Positions 1 to 12,749 of a stretch of DNA of 64,000 nt are shown here, in pieces. The stretch's first letter is position 1, and every line of letters begins with the position of its first letter. Made by a program: the position numbers and the translations under genes. The DNA comes from Camelus ferus (Eukaryota): contig NC_045696.1 in assembly GCF_009834535.1 (NCBI RefSeq), positions 15,812,001 through 15,876,000 on the forward strand, given 5' to 3'. The notes below the pieces were generated by a model that was not told where the DNA came from, made no database searches, and saw only the letters and a program-made list of their open reading frames with translations.

Positions 1-825
1 TGTTTTGGGAACTGAATAATGCAAAAAACATAATAAACCTTATGGTGGAGGCATTTTTTACTGCAAAAAGACTAGGACTTTGCAAACACAATTTGTTTGC
101 TTACTTCTCATTTCCTTCTCAAAGTCACTAATAGAGCTGTTACTTAAAGGATCAGGAAACAACACAGAGTGATGCTGAGTGCTTTTCAAAATCTTTCATC
201 TATGGAAATAGAAAGTGATTTTACTCACATTAATTAATTAACCCTGTGATAACTGAATAACCACTCAAGTTATTATACAGTCCTACAGCCTGGCGTCCAT
301 GTAAATGAGTAGAACATAATTTAGTCCAGGTTATTGTATCCCTTGGTGAAAGCTCTCGGTGGGGAACCCTACAGTGAACTTTATTACTCTGAACTGGGAG
401 GAGGTTACCAAGTAAATGTTCTCTGCCACGCCCGACCCTTTGTTGGACAGTGACCTTTCAAAATAGTTTTGTATTCCTGGCATGTTGGGCAGCATGAACC
501 ATGTTCTGTTTAATTACAACTATATTTAGAACCCTCAGGCTGAAAACGGGAATTATTTGTCAAGTCTTATATTTCCACCACTTTCCAGAACTTCAGTATA
601 AACAAAAGAAAGTAATTATGTTAACCCTCTTTTAAAAAAATGGTTTTGGATGATACACAGATGAAAGAAAATACTACAAATAACACAGAAAGAGCATAAG
701 AAAAGGCTTGGCAAAGAGATAAAAATCAAACAGCAACAAAAGAAAAACAAGGGATTTCAATATCATCAAGAAAATTGAGATTTGAAGTACATTATTGAGT
801 CCTTAATGGTAAGTAGGTAGGTGAT

Positions 826-860
826 AGATGGATGGACAGATAGATAGATAGATAGATTGA
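826..860 (+). repeat. (GATA/GGAT)n microsatellite
   Basis: Sequence reads gatagatggatggacagatagatagatagatagattgat. Confidence 0.85.
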
Positions 861-2064
861 TAATCAATGAAGAAGGAGGGGAGTTTCTTACTAAAAGAAA
901 AATGCCAAAAGATATATGTAGAAAGAAGTTGTGGAGCTGGAAAAAGCATCATTTTAAAAGCATCATTAAAAAAGTTTAGGATAAGAATCATCAATCAATG
1001 GTAAATCAGGGGGGAAGGTTTGCTAAGGAACTTTTAAAGTGTGCATCTCCAGATTCCTTGTTAGTTACAAGAGGAAAAAAGAGTGATTACACAGTGGAGA
1101 AATAGACAACATCTTGATGAGGAAGTAAAAATGAATTAACACCAAAGAGGGACAGATGGACGTCTTGTGCCTTCGGGTGTTCTTTGAGGATGACACAACT
1201 TCGTTTGTGTAGTGATCTGGCCAGAAGTTCGTAGCCTGAATCTTAGCCTGAGAAGATATCTGACAAACCTAAGTCAAGGAACATCCAAAATAACTGGCTT
1301 GTAGTCTTTAAAATTTCTTCGAAATATTCCACTAAGAAATCAAAACTCCATTTGCATCACCGACTTCACAAATGAGGGCAACCTTATTAGTACGTGTGCT
1401 GAACTCATGACTCAGCAGAGGACTTAGTGAAGTGAGGATGGTCTCTTCTGACTTTACCTATTTTCTTAGTGAAATAAGAAGCGAGTCTTATGCTGAAAGT
1501 GGCTTCAGGAGGTGTTTGCAGTTAGGAGAAAGAAAAAAGTATGAAACAGTAATCTCAGAGAAGGGAGGGGTGGTGAAATGCCCAGTGCATCATTTCCGAA
1601 CAATGTCAATGTCACCCTTCAGAATATGGCCAGTGCACTTAAAGTGAGATCAGTCAGCACAACTGTGCATTTTTCTCTCACCACATTAAGCTCCTAGACA
1701 CAGATCTGGGGTAGCCAAAACGCTGGATTTAATCAGGACTGGAGCTTTGTCAGGCAATGCGGGAGAGAAAGAGATAAGAAAATTGATAGATGCACAGAAA
1801 TAATTTTAGTGATGGACCATAAATCTAAGCTGAATGAAGAAAGACGTGTAGACAGCAAAGAGGTGACATCAGTTTAAATTAATTTGTTTAACGCCAACAG
1901 TAAATCAGAAATCCAGATTTGGTCCAAGATGGGATGTGTGTATTCCAGAAAGATGAGAAGTGGTGATCATATTTACAAAGTGGTACCATTACTGGTTACA
2001 ACAAGGGTGAAAAAAAGATTTTTAAAGGCAAAAGGCCCAAGGGACTGAGAGGCAAGGTTACATG

Positions 2065-2450
2065 TGTTACAAACTGATCAAAGAAGACAATTTAGGTGAA
2101 TACAAACCTTAACACTTCATGAATTGGATGGTCGTCCCGGGAAGCGCAGCAAAATGGGCAGAAGGCAGGGAGCTCTTATAGGGTGAAAAATAAAGAACGA
2201 AGAAGAGAAAAATAGAAACTATCTGATTGGTTGGGGCCACACAGTCAATCTTGTTTGTGGTGAGAAGGAACCAGGACATGAAGTATAGAGCTCAGGGTTG
2301 GCTTGGCGTTTGGGGATTAGCTGATGGGATACACCGAGTCTCTTATCAAGCAAAGCTTTACGAGGACATTAAAGTATCTAAGTTTTGGTTTGCGGATGTG
2401 GCAGCCGAGCTGGAGTGGCTTCATCTTGGGGCTAGAAATTTTCTTCAACA
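2065..2450 (-). mobile_element. ERV1-like solo LTR nested in L2
   Basis: TG...CA termini (tgttac...ttcaaca) and an internal gattgg. The L2-like sequence resumes after it. The TSD is imperfect. Confidence 0.5.
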
Positions 2451-3035
2451 AGTGGATGTTGAAATCACAGAGAACGACAACAGAAGTCGTGATGCAAAGG
2501 AAGGTAATGGGCCTGATGCCAAACCTTCAATCAGTGAGAGTTTAGCGTAGAGAGGACCACAGATACTGATAACAAGGGGGCGTAGGAAGAAGTATAATCT
2601 CATTTAATCTCACCAGATCGTTTTTAAAGAGGGAACTTAGTTGTTTAAAAATGGGTATGAGAATCACAGGGAACACCCAGCGCATCTCCTGGCCCCACAG
2701 GATGGAGGATGTGGGAGAAAGAATAGATCTGATTTAACAGTGCTGCAGAGGAAGCTGCCCTCTCACGAAAATCAGATTTTAACCACAATAGAGAGGTAAA
2801 GCGAAGGTTCCCTTTCGCTCCCTGAGATAACTACCTCATGCATTCGTCTCTCTTCTCAAAAGGCAAAAAAGAAAAAAGAAAGAAAAAAAACTCCTCAGCG
2901 TTTCTCTCAGCAGATGATGGAGATGTCACTTCTCTGAGAAAACAGACACAATCAAAAGAGAACTTCCTTGTATTCGGCACTGGAGTCACGTGTAGAGGGA
3001 TGACAGGAGGGTGAGGACAGAGAAAGGGCTTTTCT

Positions 3036-3178
3036 TTCTTTTTTTTTTTTTTAATGGCTTAGTGGTATTTTTTTTTCTTTCTTAACTTTAGTACAGTCTA
3101 TTACAACGTGTCAATTTCTGGTGTACAGAACAATACCCCAGTCATGCATATACACACATATATTTGTTCTCATATTTT
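3036..3178 (-). mobile_element. 5'-truncated young L1 3' tail
   Basis: Poly-T plus the L1 tail motif aatttctggtgtacag. Flanked by a near-identical TSD, agaaagggcttttct / agagagggcttttct. Confidence 0.85.
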
Positions 3179-3654
3179 AGAGAGGGCTTTTCTGATGACA
3201 GACTGGATGTTGTACTGAGCACAGGTGGGGAAAGTTTGGAAAGTTAATTAGGTCAGATATGTAAAGGCTTCCAGAGTGAAAGATCTACAATGAAGGTGAC
3301 CTCGTCCTGCTCGGGGTGACAGCTGGATGGAAACGTGCCTGGACGTGTCTGATAGTATCTGAGAGGAAGGTTCTAACCACGTCAGCGCTTCCGGAGTTGC
3401 GTCTTGGGCGATTGTAGGGGGGTGTGGGGGGGGGGCCTGCGTCTGCGGGTGGGGGGCGTTGGGGGGAGGGCGCAGGGGGGCGGGACGGGTCTTGCCAAGA
3501 GCCCTCTGGGCCTCTGCTCTGAGTGGGGGCAGGCGAACAGTGAGTGGTGGGGTTTGGGGAGGGGTCAGGAGAAGGTCTGCTCCTAGTAATAATATTAGAA
3601 GTTGTCTTTTAAAGTAAGTCATGAGTGATAGAAGTGTCAGCAAATGCGGAGGGG

Positions 3655-3975
3655 TGTTAAAAGATAAACTGAGGCATATTTGTCAATGTTTAAGAGTTTA
3701 TTTGAGCAAAAATAGGGTAACACCTAACCTAAAGTGGTTAGGAGCGCCCTGCCTTATAGAGAGAACGCATGGAAGCAACAAAAGGAAATTATTTGATTTG
3801 CTTTAGCTTACATTAGCCTAGTTGGCTGTTTGTGATTGGCTGTCCTGAGTGTTTTGGTTTTGTAACTTTGAGGTACTCGCAGCTTAGATTTTGGCTTTGC
3901 TTACATAGACACCACCTCTCCATAAGAGTCAGTCAGTACCGTCTAACAACTTCCCTGTGTGATTAATTTAACCAG
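3655..3975 (-). mobile_element. ERV1-like LTR
   Basis: Starts tgttaaa and ends aatttaacca. Contains a gagtttattt antisense poly(A)-like region and gattggc. Confidence 0.5.
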
Positions 3976-5310
3976 TGGTAATCATACTACCATATATAAC
4001 TATCAAATCAACACACTGAACACCTTGAACTTACACAGTGTTATATGTCGACTATGTCTCAATTGAAAAAAGTAAATTTAAAAAAATACAGGTTAAAAAA
4101 GAAAAAGTCATGAGATTTCACCTGTCCTACCAGGCAGTAAAACTATTTACAATCAATAATAATTAAAATCAGGTATTTGTGGTTAAAAAAAAAAAAAAAA
4201 AAAAAGATATGCCTTGGTCATTGGAACAGAACAAGTAGATTAAAATTTTACACAATTTAAAGGAGAGATGACAAAACAATGTGAAAAGTGAGAATTAAGA
4301 GGCCACATTTTGATAATTTGGCTTAACCAAAATTTAAAACTTCAAAAAAAAAAAAAGCTTCGAAGCAAATTACACCAAATAAAATAACAGATGTAAGGAC
4401 ACCCCAAATATATAAATTTACATGGAAAAGCTCAGAAAAAGACAGGTTATGCATCAGATGCCTGAAAAAGAAGATACATTTTTAACCTTGGAAACCATAC
4501 AGAAGAGATCAAAAAGATGAAGAATCATGTGTTTTGTGAGAGACAGTTTTAAACTTCACTATGTCAGTAAGGCAAAAATAACAACTAACCATCTTGACAA
4601 AGAGCTATTTTTAGAAGGATATACAGAAAAGGTGTATAACTTCGTACACTTGTTTATATCTTGTTATCTTAATGCTAATTAAGATCCCAATTTGTAAATT
4701 ATCAGCCCAAAACAAACCAAAAACAAACAAACAAACAAACAAACACACACACAGTATGAATTACAAATAATAAACAAGATGGAGGACAATGTCAAACCTC
4801 ACCACTATCAAAGAAATGTAAAATAAGGAGCTATTGTAATAGTGGCTTTTTTTAACTATTAAATTACCAAAACATTAAATGGTAGCCAGTTAGAAGATTT
4901 CTAGAATTCTATTCTAAAAAATGAATTTGAAGTAATAGAAAGTCTCTGTGTGGAAGGATGTTTGTCACTCCATTATTTATAATGATAAAAAAATTGTTAA
5001 TCTAAAAATAAGTGAATCATCAGTGGTGTAAAATGCAGCTGTTAACAAGAAAGTTCATGAAGAAGATGAATCAGAATGAAAAACACTAAGTTACAATACA
5101 AAGTGAAAAGGCATAGACCATTTTACATGCCTACAAGGATATCAGTACACAAATGACTAGAAGGGAGTAGGTAAAGATATTGTTTGTTAAACTGTGGTGA
5201 TGAAATTATGGATGATTTTCCTCAGTTTCCACATTTTATAAAATACTGTTAGTACAAGTTTGGTAACACAGTGCACCTTACCTTTACATTTGCTTTAGAG
5301 ATGTTGACCT

Positions 5311-5921
5311 TGTTGCAGAAAAAATGTGTTACAGCTCAGTTGTGACAGCAACCTGGATCTGGGCGAGAGACCAAGCAGCACTCTGAGAGTTGGAGAATTC
5401 AGGTTTATTACGCAAGCCAGCCCAGAGGAGTTAACACCCCAAGTTTTGGACCCTGTCTGTAGGTTTACACAGGCTTTTATAGGCTGCCAGTTTACAATTT
5501 GCAACATCATATGCAAATAAGGTATAACAAAAGTTAACTAATTAGGAACAAGCTTTGTAGAAATGGACCAATCAGGAGGGAGAGAAATAACCAATCAAGA
5601 GTGAGGGAAATGGGCCAATCAGAAGTGAGAGAAATAACCAATCAAGAGTGAGATCCATACAAATGAAGTACTACAAATGGACCAATCAGAAGTTAGGGAA
5701 ATGAGCCAATCAGGAGTGAAGGAAATAACCAATCAGGATTGAGGGAAATAACCAGTCAGGAGTGAGCTCAGGAAACCAATAGAATTTTAGGGGTAAGTAA
5801 GCCATTTCAGAGGCAAAAAATGAGACAAAGCCTCTGGGCCAGGGAACCGGATGGTGTTGGCAGGAGAGTAGTGGCCCTGCCTGAGGGTCCTGCCGGTCTT
5901 TTTATGCGGTTTCCCACCTCA
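5311..5921 (-). mobile_element. ERV1 solo LTR with CCAAT tandem array
   Basis: TG...CA termini and a perfect 4-bp TSD ACCT (5307-5310, 5922-5925). Minus-strand AATAAA at 5404-5409 and TATA box at ~5475. Confidence 0.9.
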
Positions 5922-7725
5922 ACCTGAGTAGGTAAAAAATACTTTCTTCTATGAATTTCATAGCATCCCTCAATGTTGTAATAGTCCAGACAATCATATT
6001 GACATTAGTGATAAATGGCATATTTCCCCTCTGTAAATCAGAGAAGTGGAATTACTGGTTATGAAAGAATTTCAAAGGGACGTATCTCCAGCTGCATCCA
6101 TACATCTTTAAAAGATGATTTGACCTTTAAGGATGGACAAAACTGCCCGAGTTAATCAGCAATTCTAAAATTGATACCTTGAAAAGTTTACTTCCTACTG
6201 AAACCTGTTTACCTGTAGGAAAAGGTAGCACATTCCACAGGTATACAAGTATTATTTCAGAATGCCTTCCAGTAGCTGGTACTGTAAAAGATGTGCCATG
6301 TTTATTTCATGGTGCATGGTCCTCAAAATACTGCTCTTCAGCATTATATTATCACTTTATCAGAATTCAAAGGCCATATGAATGAAAGAACACTGTTTCA
6401 TATCTTAGATTTTCATGTTCAACATGCAGCTGTATAAACCATAGGGAATCTCACTGAAATGTCCTCCAGCCATTTTTATATGCAGATGGCAAAATATAAA
6501 GGCTTTGTTACTGAAGCATAAAGACACACCGCAGCTTCATGACAGAGAACGAGGCAGAGTCAATCTGTAGAGTCATCTGGTGTGTGCTCCTCAAGTGGGA
6601 GGCAGGAAAAAGCTTCAACATAAAAACAACTTAGAGCCACATGCTTATAAGTAACAGTTCAGTGGGTCTCCAGCTGTAACTTCCTGTTTTATGTGGAGGC
6701 TGCCTTTCTTGGCTTGGATGAAGTTTGTTATAAATCTCTTTGTCTCAGTCTTCCTAGATATAATGAAGCAAAGGAGTGGGTGTAATGCAGAGGGAGTGTA
6801 TATTTAGACTCCACAGGAGTTATTTTGTTTTCTTATGGGAAAGAAAGCTTGGAATGGCCCAGCCTCTCAGGGTCTAAAGCAGCCGTGGAGAACTGCATAC
6901 ATCATTGCTGCTTTCTCTCCAGGGCTGTGTCCTCAGCTGTGAATCCTGGAGTTGCTCAGCCCACAAAAGACTTGCAAAGCCTTTGCTCACTACAGCATCC
7001 CTCGAGGACATCCCACCCAGTTCTGTGTCTCCATCTTCCTCTTGTCTCAGGGACTCAATTCTGCTTTCTCAAATCCCTGAGTATAGGCAGATCAGTAAAT
7101 GGTTCAACCGATCAAGCTCCTGGTAAAGAGAACCAAGTTAAAGGGACCCAGAAGAAACATAGTTTGTGTTTGCATACAAGGCAAAGCCCTGTGTTTATAC
7201 AGGCGTGCTGATCAGAACACTACCATCACCTTTTTGGTAAGGGCGCAATTTAGAAGACATTTTAGAGATATGTTTGTTGAAATGTTGCTTGTTCTTTGCT
7301 GCAATTCTTAATTTAGAAGATTGGCCATTTAGATTTTATTGTAACTGATATTGTTAGCAGTTGAAGAGTTTTCATCAGGGAAGTAAACATGTTTATTTTT
7401 AATAACATATTTTAAGCAATAATAATGGGATTGAGTTTCCATATGTGCAAAATTAACTTTTTAGATAAAATGTGTAAAGAAAACATTTTAAAGAAAATGT
7501 TTCTAGTGGACAGAAGCTTTCAATAGATGTCTATGTCAAGCCACAGACAAATACAAGTTTTAAACTAACTAAAACCTTTAATGTAAAAATAAAACTGAAC
7601 AAAATGTAAATTAAAATAAATAAGTAAAAGCTTGGCCATTTATCTGTGTTATTATGACACTAGTCTTGTGGTTTAGGCTACATTTCACAGTAAGCCATTC
7701 AGACATGTCAACTTCCGACTAGAAT

Positions 7726-8380
7726 TTTTGCCGGTAGACATAACCGGTGTCCCAGGTTCTTGTCCTGGCCCAGAAAGAATTCAGAGACAAGACGCAGAGT
7801 AGAGTAAGAGAGTAAAATGAGGATTTATTAAGGGATAAGATAGCACACTCTCAAGAGGAAAGCAGGCAGGCTCAGGTGAGCAGCTGCCCCGAGTTTCTTT
7901 GGCAAGTTGGTTACATAGGGTGTAAAAATGAATGGGCGGAATATTCATTGGGGAGGGAAGGGTTTGGGGTCATATTCCCTGATTTTCATCCCAACTCCAC
8001 CTTCCCAAGGGAGGAGGGATTTTTGTCCTTATTTAGTCTGGATTGGAAGTGTCATGGCATTGGATGGGTACTTCTGATCTGCAAGGCTAATTTTATTGAA
8101 ATAAGGGCATAATAAGCAAAAGGTTACATTTGGACAATGGAGATTCCTTCCTTTTCTCACCTTTCTTCGTTGGCCTCTAGGCTGCTTATCACCCCGAGAG
8201 GTGTGACCACTTATCAGCCCAGAGGTTCCTGCTTTTCTTTCTCTGCTCAGGAACCCCTGGTGCTTGCATGATGTATGGTTTCCTGCATTTGGTCTGTGTC
8301 TCTCCTTTCTGTCCAATTCCTGCCATTTGGCCTGCATCCCTCTTTCTCTGCTCATATCTAGCTGTCCGCCTGCTCTAACA
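7726..8380 (-). mobile_element. ERV1 solo LTR
   Basis: 4-bp TSD GAAT (7722-7725, 8381-8384). Ends ctaaca; the left end ttttgccgg is probably a mutated tgttgccgg. Minus-strand AATAAA at ~7825. Confidence 0.8.
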
Positions 8381-8409
8381 GAATCATGATCTGCTGATAA
8401 TTCATCTAC

Positions 8410-8517
8410 TCTTAGCATGCACGAGGTCCTGGGCTCAATCCCCAGTACCCCATTCAATAAACAGATAAATAAACCTAATTACTGTCCCTACCAAAAAAAA
8501 AAAAAAAAATTAAAAAA
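8410..8517 (+). mobile_element. 5'-truncated Vic-1-like SINE
   Basis: cttagcatgcacgaggtcctgggctcaatccccagtacc (B-box region) followed by an A tail. Confidence 0.85.
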
Positions 8518-8744
8518 GGAGTAACTCTCTTCCAACCCTGGAGACTGGGTGAAGATGACTACAAAATAGACATCCATACATAATTGTAATAAAATGCATT
8601 AAATGTGATTGTAAAACATACTGACATGTATTACAATAAAAAAGTAAAGAAATTTTTTTCAGTTAAGATTTAGAAAACTAAATTCTCCATCCTCATTTGG
8701 AAGCCTGTTTGTCCTCCCCCCCCTTTTTTTTTTTTCCTTATTTC

Positions 8745-9281
8745 TGTAATGGCTCCACCACCCAGGTTATGGGAGCCCAGTACCAGGTGCCCAATACCAC
8801 GACATCTTCTTACTTCTGTGAAGGAAAAGCTGGGCTGGTCTAACAAGAAAACTCACAGTTCTAGGAATGTGAAAGAGAGGCTGGGCTGGGCTAACAAGAT
8901 AACTCACAAGTCTAAGTATTGGAATACTGATCTGAGTTCTGCTAGACTAACTTGTAAATCTAAGTTAATTAGTGTTGGTTTGCTGTTTATGTTTTTTTGC
9001 TAGCCAGCTGGATTTTCAAAGATACATATCTGGCTTTGGAATGTTGGTTTGCTGCCTCCCCGCCTCCACTTTTGTGATGATAATGCTGCTAAAGCTGTTC
9101 CATGCTTATTGGCCTAATACCCCAAGCTTGTACTTTACCCTGTAAAACCTCATGCGCACGTCCTGGAGGTGCTCAGAGCTTTGGAGCAGAAGCCCCTCTG
9201 AGCCCGCCGGCGTAATACATCTGAGTACTCCAACCCTCCGAGTGGTGCTTGTTTCTTGACTGGCCTGTCGTTTCTGTAACA
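8745..9281 (+). mobile_element. ERV1 solo LTR, sense to CYYR1
   Basis: tgtaat...gtaaca termini with TSD tttc/cttc. Carries an internal duplication of gctgggctgg.ctaacaaga.aactcaca. Its R region resembles that of the 5311-5921 LTR. Confidence 0.85.
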
Positions 9282-9760
9282 CTTCCTACCCCTTTCTCCA
9301 TCTACCCAGTCATCACCAAGCACTCAGCTGCTCAAGGGCTCCTGTAAGCCCCACCCCCAGATTCCATGAATCCCGTATAAGCCCTCACATGGGCTACTAC
9401 ATTGTCTGACTTTCTCTTTGTCCCCCTCAGTCCATGCTGCTGAGAGAGTCGCCTTCCTAAAGCATAGTCCCTAGCCTGTTCAAAACCTCTCACAGCTGCA
9501 CACCACACACTCCTTACGTGACAGTCAAAGCCCACCGTGCTTACAGCCGATCTTATCCCCCGTGTCTGTGCCTCCCACTCCCCACCCCTATATTGTACAG
9601 CATGAGGGAGAGAGCCAATATTTCATAATAACTGTAAGTAGAGCATAGCCTTTAAAAATTGTATTAAAATAATTCAGTCAACTTTTTAAAAGCCCACCTT
9701 GATGGTGATACAATCAGATTCCTCAACAGCTTTTCCCATTTCTCTCCTCCATGTGCTTTT

Positions 9761-9908
9761 TAAATGATTATTTCATTTCCATTTTTTGAAATTTGGAGGG
9801 GGAAGTCATTAGGTTTACTGATTTGGTTTTTGAATGGAGGTACTGGGGACTGAACCCAGGACCTCGTGCATGCTGTGCACACTCTACCACTGAGCTATGC
9901 CCCTCCCC
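9761..9908 (-). mobile_element. Vic-1-like tRNA-derived SINE
   Basis: Antisense A/B boxes (gaacccagg...ctaccactgagcta). TSD cctccatgtgctttt / cctccatgtactttt. Confidence 0.92.
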
Positions 9909-10122
9909 TTCCTCCATGTACTTTTTGCTTTGAACAAAAGCCTCTCTTGCTTCAGTGCTTTTGCTCAAACTTGAATTTATCCTTTTAGCCCCTTCTCTGT
10001 TCCCCGTCACCATCATCTTCCCAAGAAACTTGCACTAAGCCACCAATTCTAAATACTTTGGCCAATATCACCATTTATTATAGCACTTGGCCTTTCATAC
10101 ATAGGTATCCTCAGCCTGATAA

Positions 10123-10368
<246 letters not shown>

Positions 10369-12680
10369 TCCTTCTCCCAGAACAGAGTATGTGCCAATCA
10401 GAGCTCTTGCCCGGAATAAAATGCCTCTACTCAGAAGCAGACAGGAAAGAACTGCCCTAAAGAATACTCTTTGGGGTCAGAAAATATGTCGAGTGGATTG
10501 CCCAGGCTAACAGATACAGGTTTCTGCCCCACTCAGCGCTGATCTCATCGGGAGTATTATGCTTGGTTCAGTGGGACCACATCTGAAAAGATCTACTTGA
10601 TCAACATAAGCTCACTCAGAAGAGAGTAATGGATACACAAGACATTTGAAATTCATGTTTCTTAAAGAACCGGTGAAGAAAATGGCAATAGTGCTCCTAA
10701 AAAGAGAGAGAGAGAAGATTTCTGTAAGAGCAGAGCCTGGACTATTTAAGGAAACAACTCCATTTTGTGCAGCTTTAAAAGCCAGAACTAGAAGTATTCA
10801 GTCTTTTTTTTTTTTTTTTTGTCTTCAACAAATGCAGATCAAGTGCCTGAGAGCCTACTGTGTGCCTTATACTGCTGGAAGCACTGGCTCGAACTCACAG
10901 GAAGGGAACTTTGGTTTCAGCATCAGAACGGACAGTTGGAGCTTTCTTCTTGACGAGAGTGTGTTGTGAAGCTCCCCGTCACCAAGACTTCAAACCTGAT
11001 TTCAAATCAATCTGGTAGAAACACACTCTAGAAGGGATGGTGAAATCAAATGGTAGATGGGTTCACTGGGCCCCAAAAATTCTGCTCCTGTTTTAGGTAG
11101 ATGTGGGGTGAATTTCTATGTCACCAAGAATGAAAGCAACAGGAATGGTTGAATCTTCTCTATTTAAATTGAGACTTAAAATCAAGGGGACGTCACAGTT
11201 GCTTGAAGCCAAGAACTCTTCAGTGCTAATCACTTAAAACTCATCCAACTTTATTTAGTCTGTTATGATACAGGTTATTCCAACTGTGAAAAAAAAGATT
11301 TGTAGCAAGTTCCACAAGCAACAAGTGCTTTATTCCAGATAAAAATACGAGAACCCAGATATTCCCTTGGGAATTTACATCAAGGGGTAAAAATCTCAGA
11401 ACTTGACCAGGAAGATATACGAAGAGGGGAAAAAATGAAGTTTGGATTCTGCTCTGCGAAACTCCATTCATACATAGTTTAGACAAATTTCCATTTCTCT
11501 TATAATATTTTAATAATCTATTCTCTTGAAAAAGTTATATGGTTAGTGGAAAAGTAAGATATTGACATCAAACGGTTGCCTTTTGCCAAAATCCAAATTT
11601 TATAAAGTGCCTACCTCTAGGTGTAGAAGTTTTTAATAAATAATTCTAATATGCCATACTTTGCTGCAAGTGACCTTAACATTTCTATTTTTATGTGGGG
11701 TCCTTTCATGTATTTTAAAGTGTACATTGAGAAAATATTGGGGATAGATGGTCAAATGTGCGTGTCATTTTGCAATTAGACTTAAAATGTTTAATCTAAC
11801 ATCATCATCATCATTCAGTGAAATCTCAAAATAATGCTAAGAATTTTGCTGAAAAAAACGATTAAAAGAAATGTCTTAAGGAAAAAAAATTATAGCTCTG
11901 TCCCTGTAGTTAGGAAACTCAGTAGTTAATGTAAGTAGCATCTTTTACTTTCAGATACGTTGACTGAAATGCGGTCTAACTGCCAGTGAGATCTGAAAGC
12001 TCGATTTGTTTAGAATGACTTGTTTGATTGTTAGGCACTGATGATTTTCTTGCTTATAAAGACAGAGAGCATTCGGGCATTCCAGTTTATCCTAGTAACT
12101 GAGATTTTAGCACAGTTTTAGCAGCACATATGCTTTAATTTATCTCTCTTCTGCAAGTGTGATCAGACCCAATTACACCGCAGCTACACAACTCAAAGTG
12201 CCAGGGCTTCTGTGACATTCAGAAGGATGCTTCCCAGTGTGCCATATATTCCTTAAGAAAAATGGAGAGGCAAAGTCCAGCAGAAATTGAATTCTCATCA
12301 TCTTCGCTGTCAAAAAATGTTTATTGCGTACCTCCTGTGTTCTGCAAACATTACCCACACAGGAGCTATTACAATCCACACCATCTCTCTTCTTTGAGTT
12401 GTTTTATGGCGTCCCTTAAGGCACATCACAAACCCACAGGCCTACAATAGATGAGTATGTTTACTGTTTGTATTTAGAGTCATGATAACATAAATGTGCA
12501 CAGTATCGGGTCAGACTTTTGGAGTTCACTGATTATTTTCATAGATGATACATCTTGGGAGAAAACAGTACATGGTGTGAAAGCTTTAAATTACACTTAT
12601 TTAAAAACTAATGTATTTGCTGTGGCCAAAGTGTTTACAATAAGCAATAAAATGAAATAACCCATTTTAACAAGAGTTAT
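10369..12680 (+). other. CYYR1: CYYR1 3'UTR (end approximate)
   Basis: Repeat-poor, AU-rich sequence after the stop codon. It ends near AATAAA 12646-12651, and interspersed repeats resume at ~12750. Confidence 0.7.
12646..12651 (+). terminator. Probable distal poly(A) signal of CYYR1
   Basis: AATAAA with an upstream TGTA and a downstream GT-rich tract (gtcttgcgtctgttttgtt, ~12691-12709). Confidence 0.65.
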
Positions 12681-12749
12681 AGTTTACACTGTCTTGCGTC
12701 TGTTTTGTTCGCCCCTCCATTTCTGCCGACTTAGCCTCATGCCTCTGTA

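Larger units (their letters stand above)
1380..3400 (-). mobile_element. Fragmented old L2 LINE interrupted by younger insertions
   Basis: L2-like antisense motifs such as ttttcttagtgaaataagaagcgag and ggatgttgaaatcac. Confidence 0.55.

Noticed and set aside
5565..5785. CRISPR-like repeat array
   Set aside because: Head-to-tail degenerate units with no unique spacers, inside a TSD-flanked LTR of a mammal.
5311..9281. Paired LTRs of an intact provirus
   Set aside because: The LTRs differ in sequence and orientation, each has its own TSD, and I saw no PBS, gag, pol or env between them.
10916..10939. REST/RE1-like site TTCAGCATC-agaac-GGACAG
   Set aside because: Non-canonical 5-nt spacer and mismatches in both half-sites; too weak without ChIP data.
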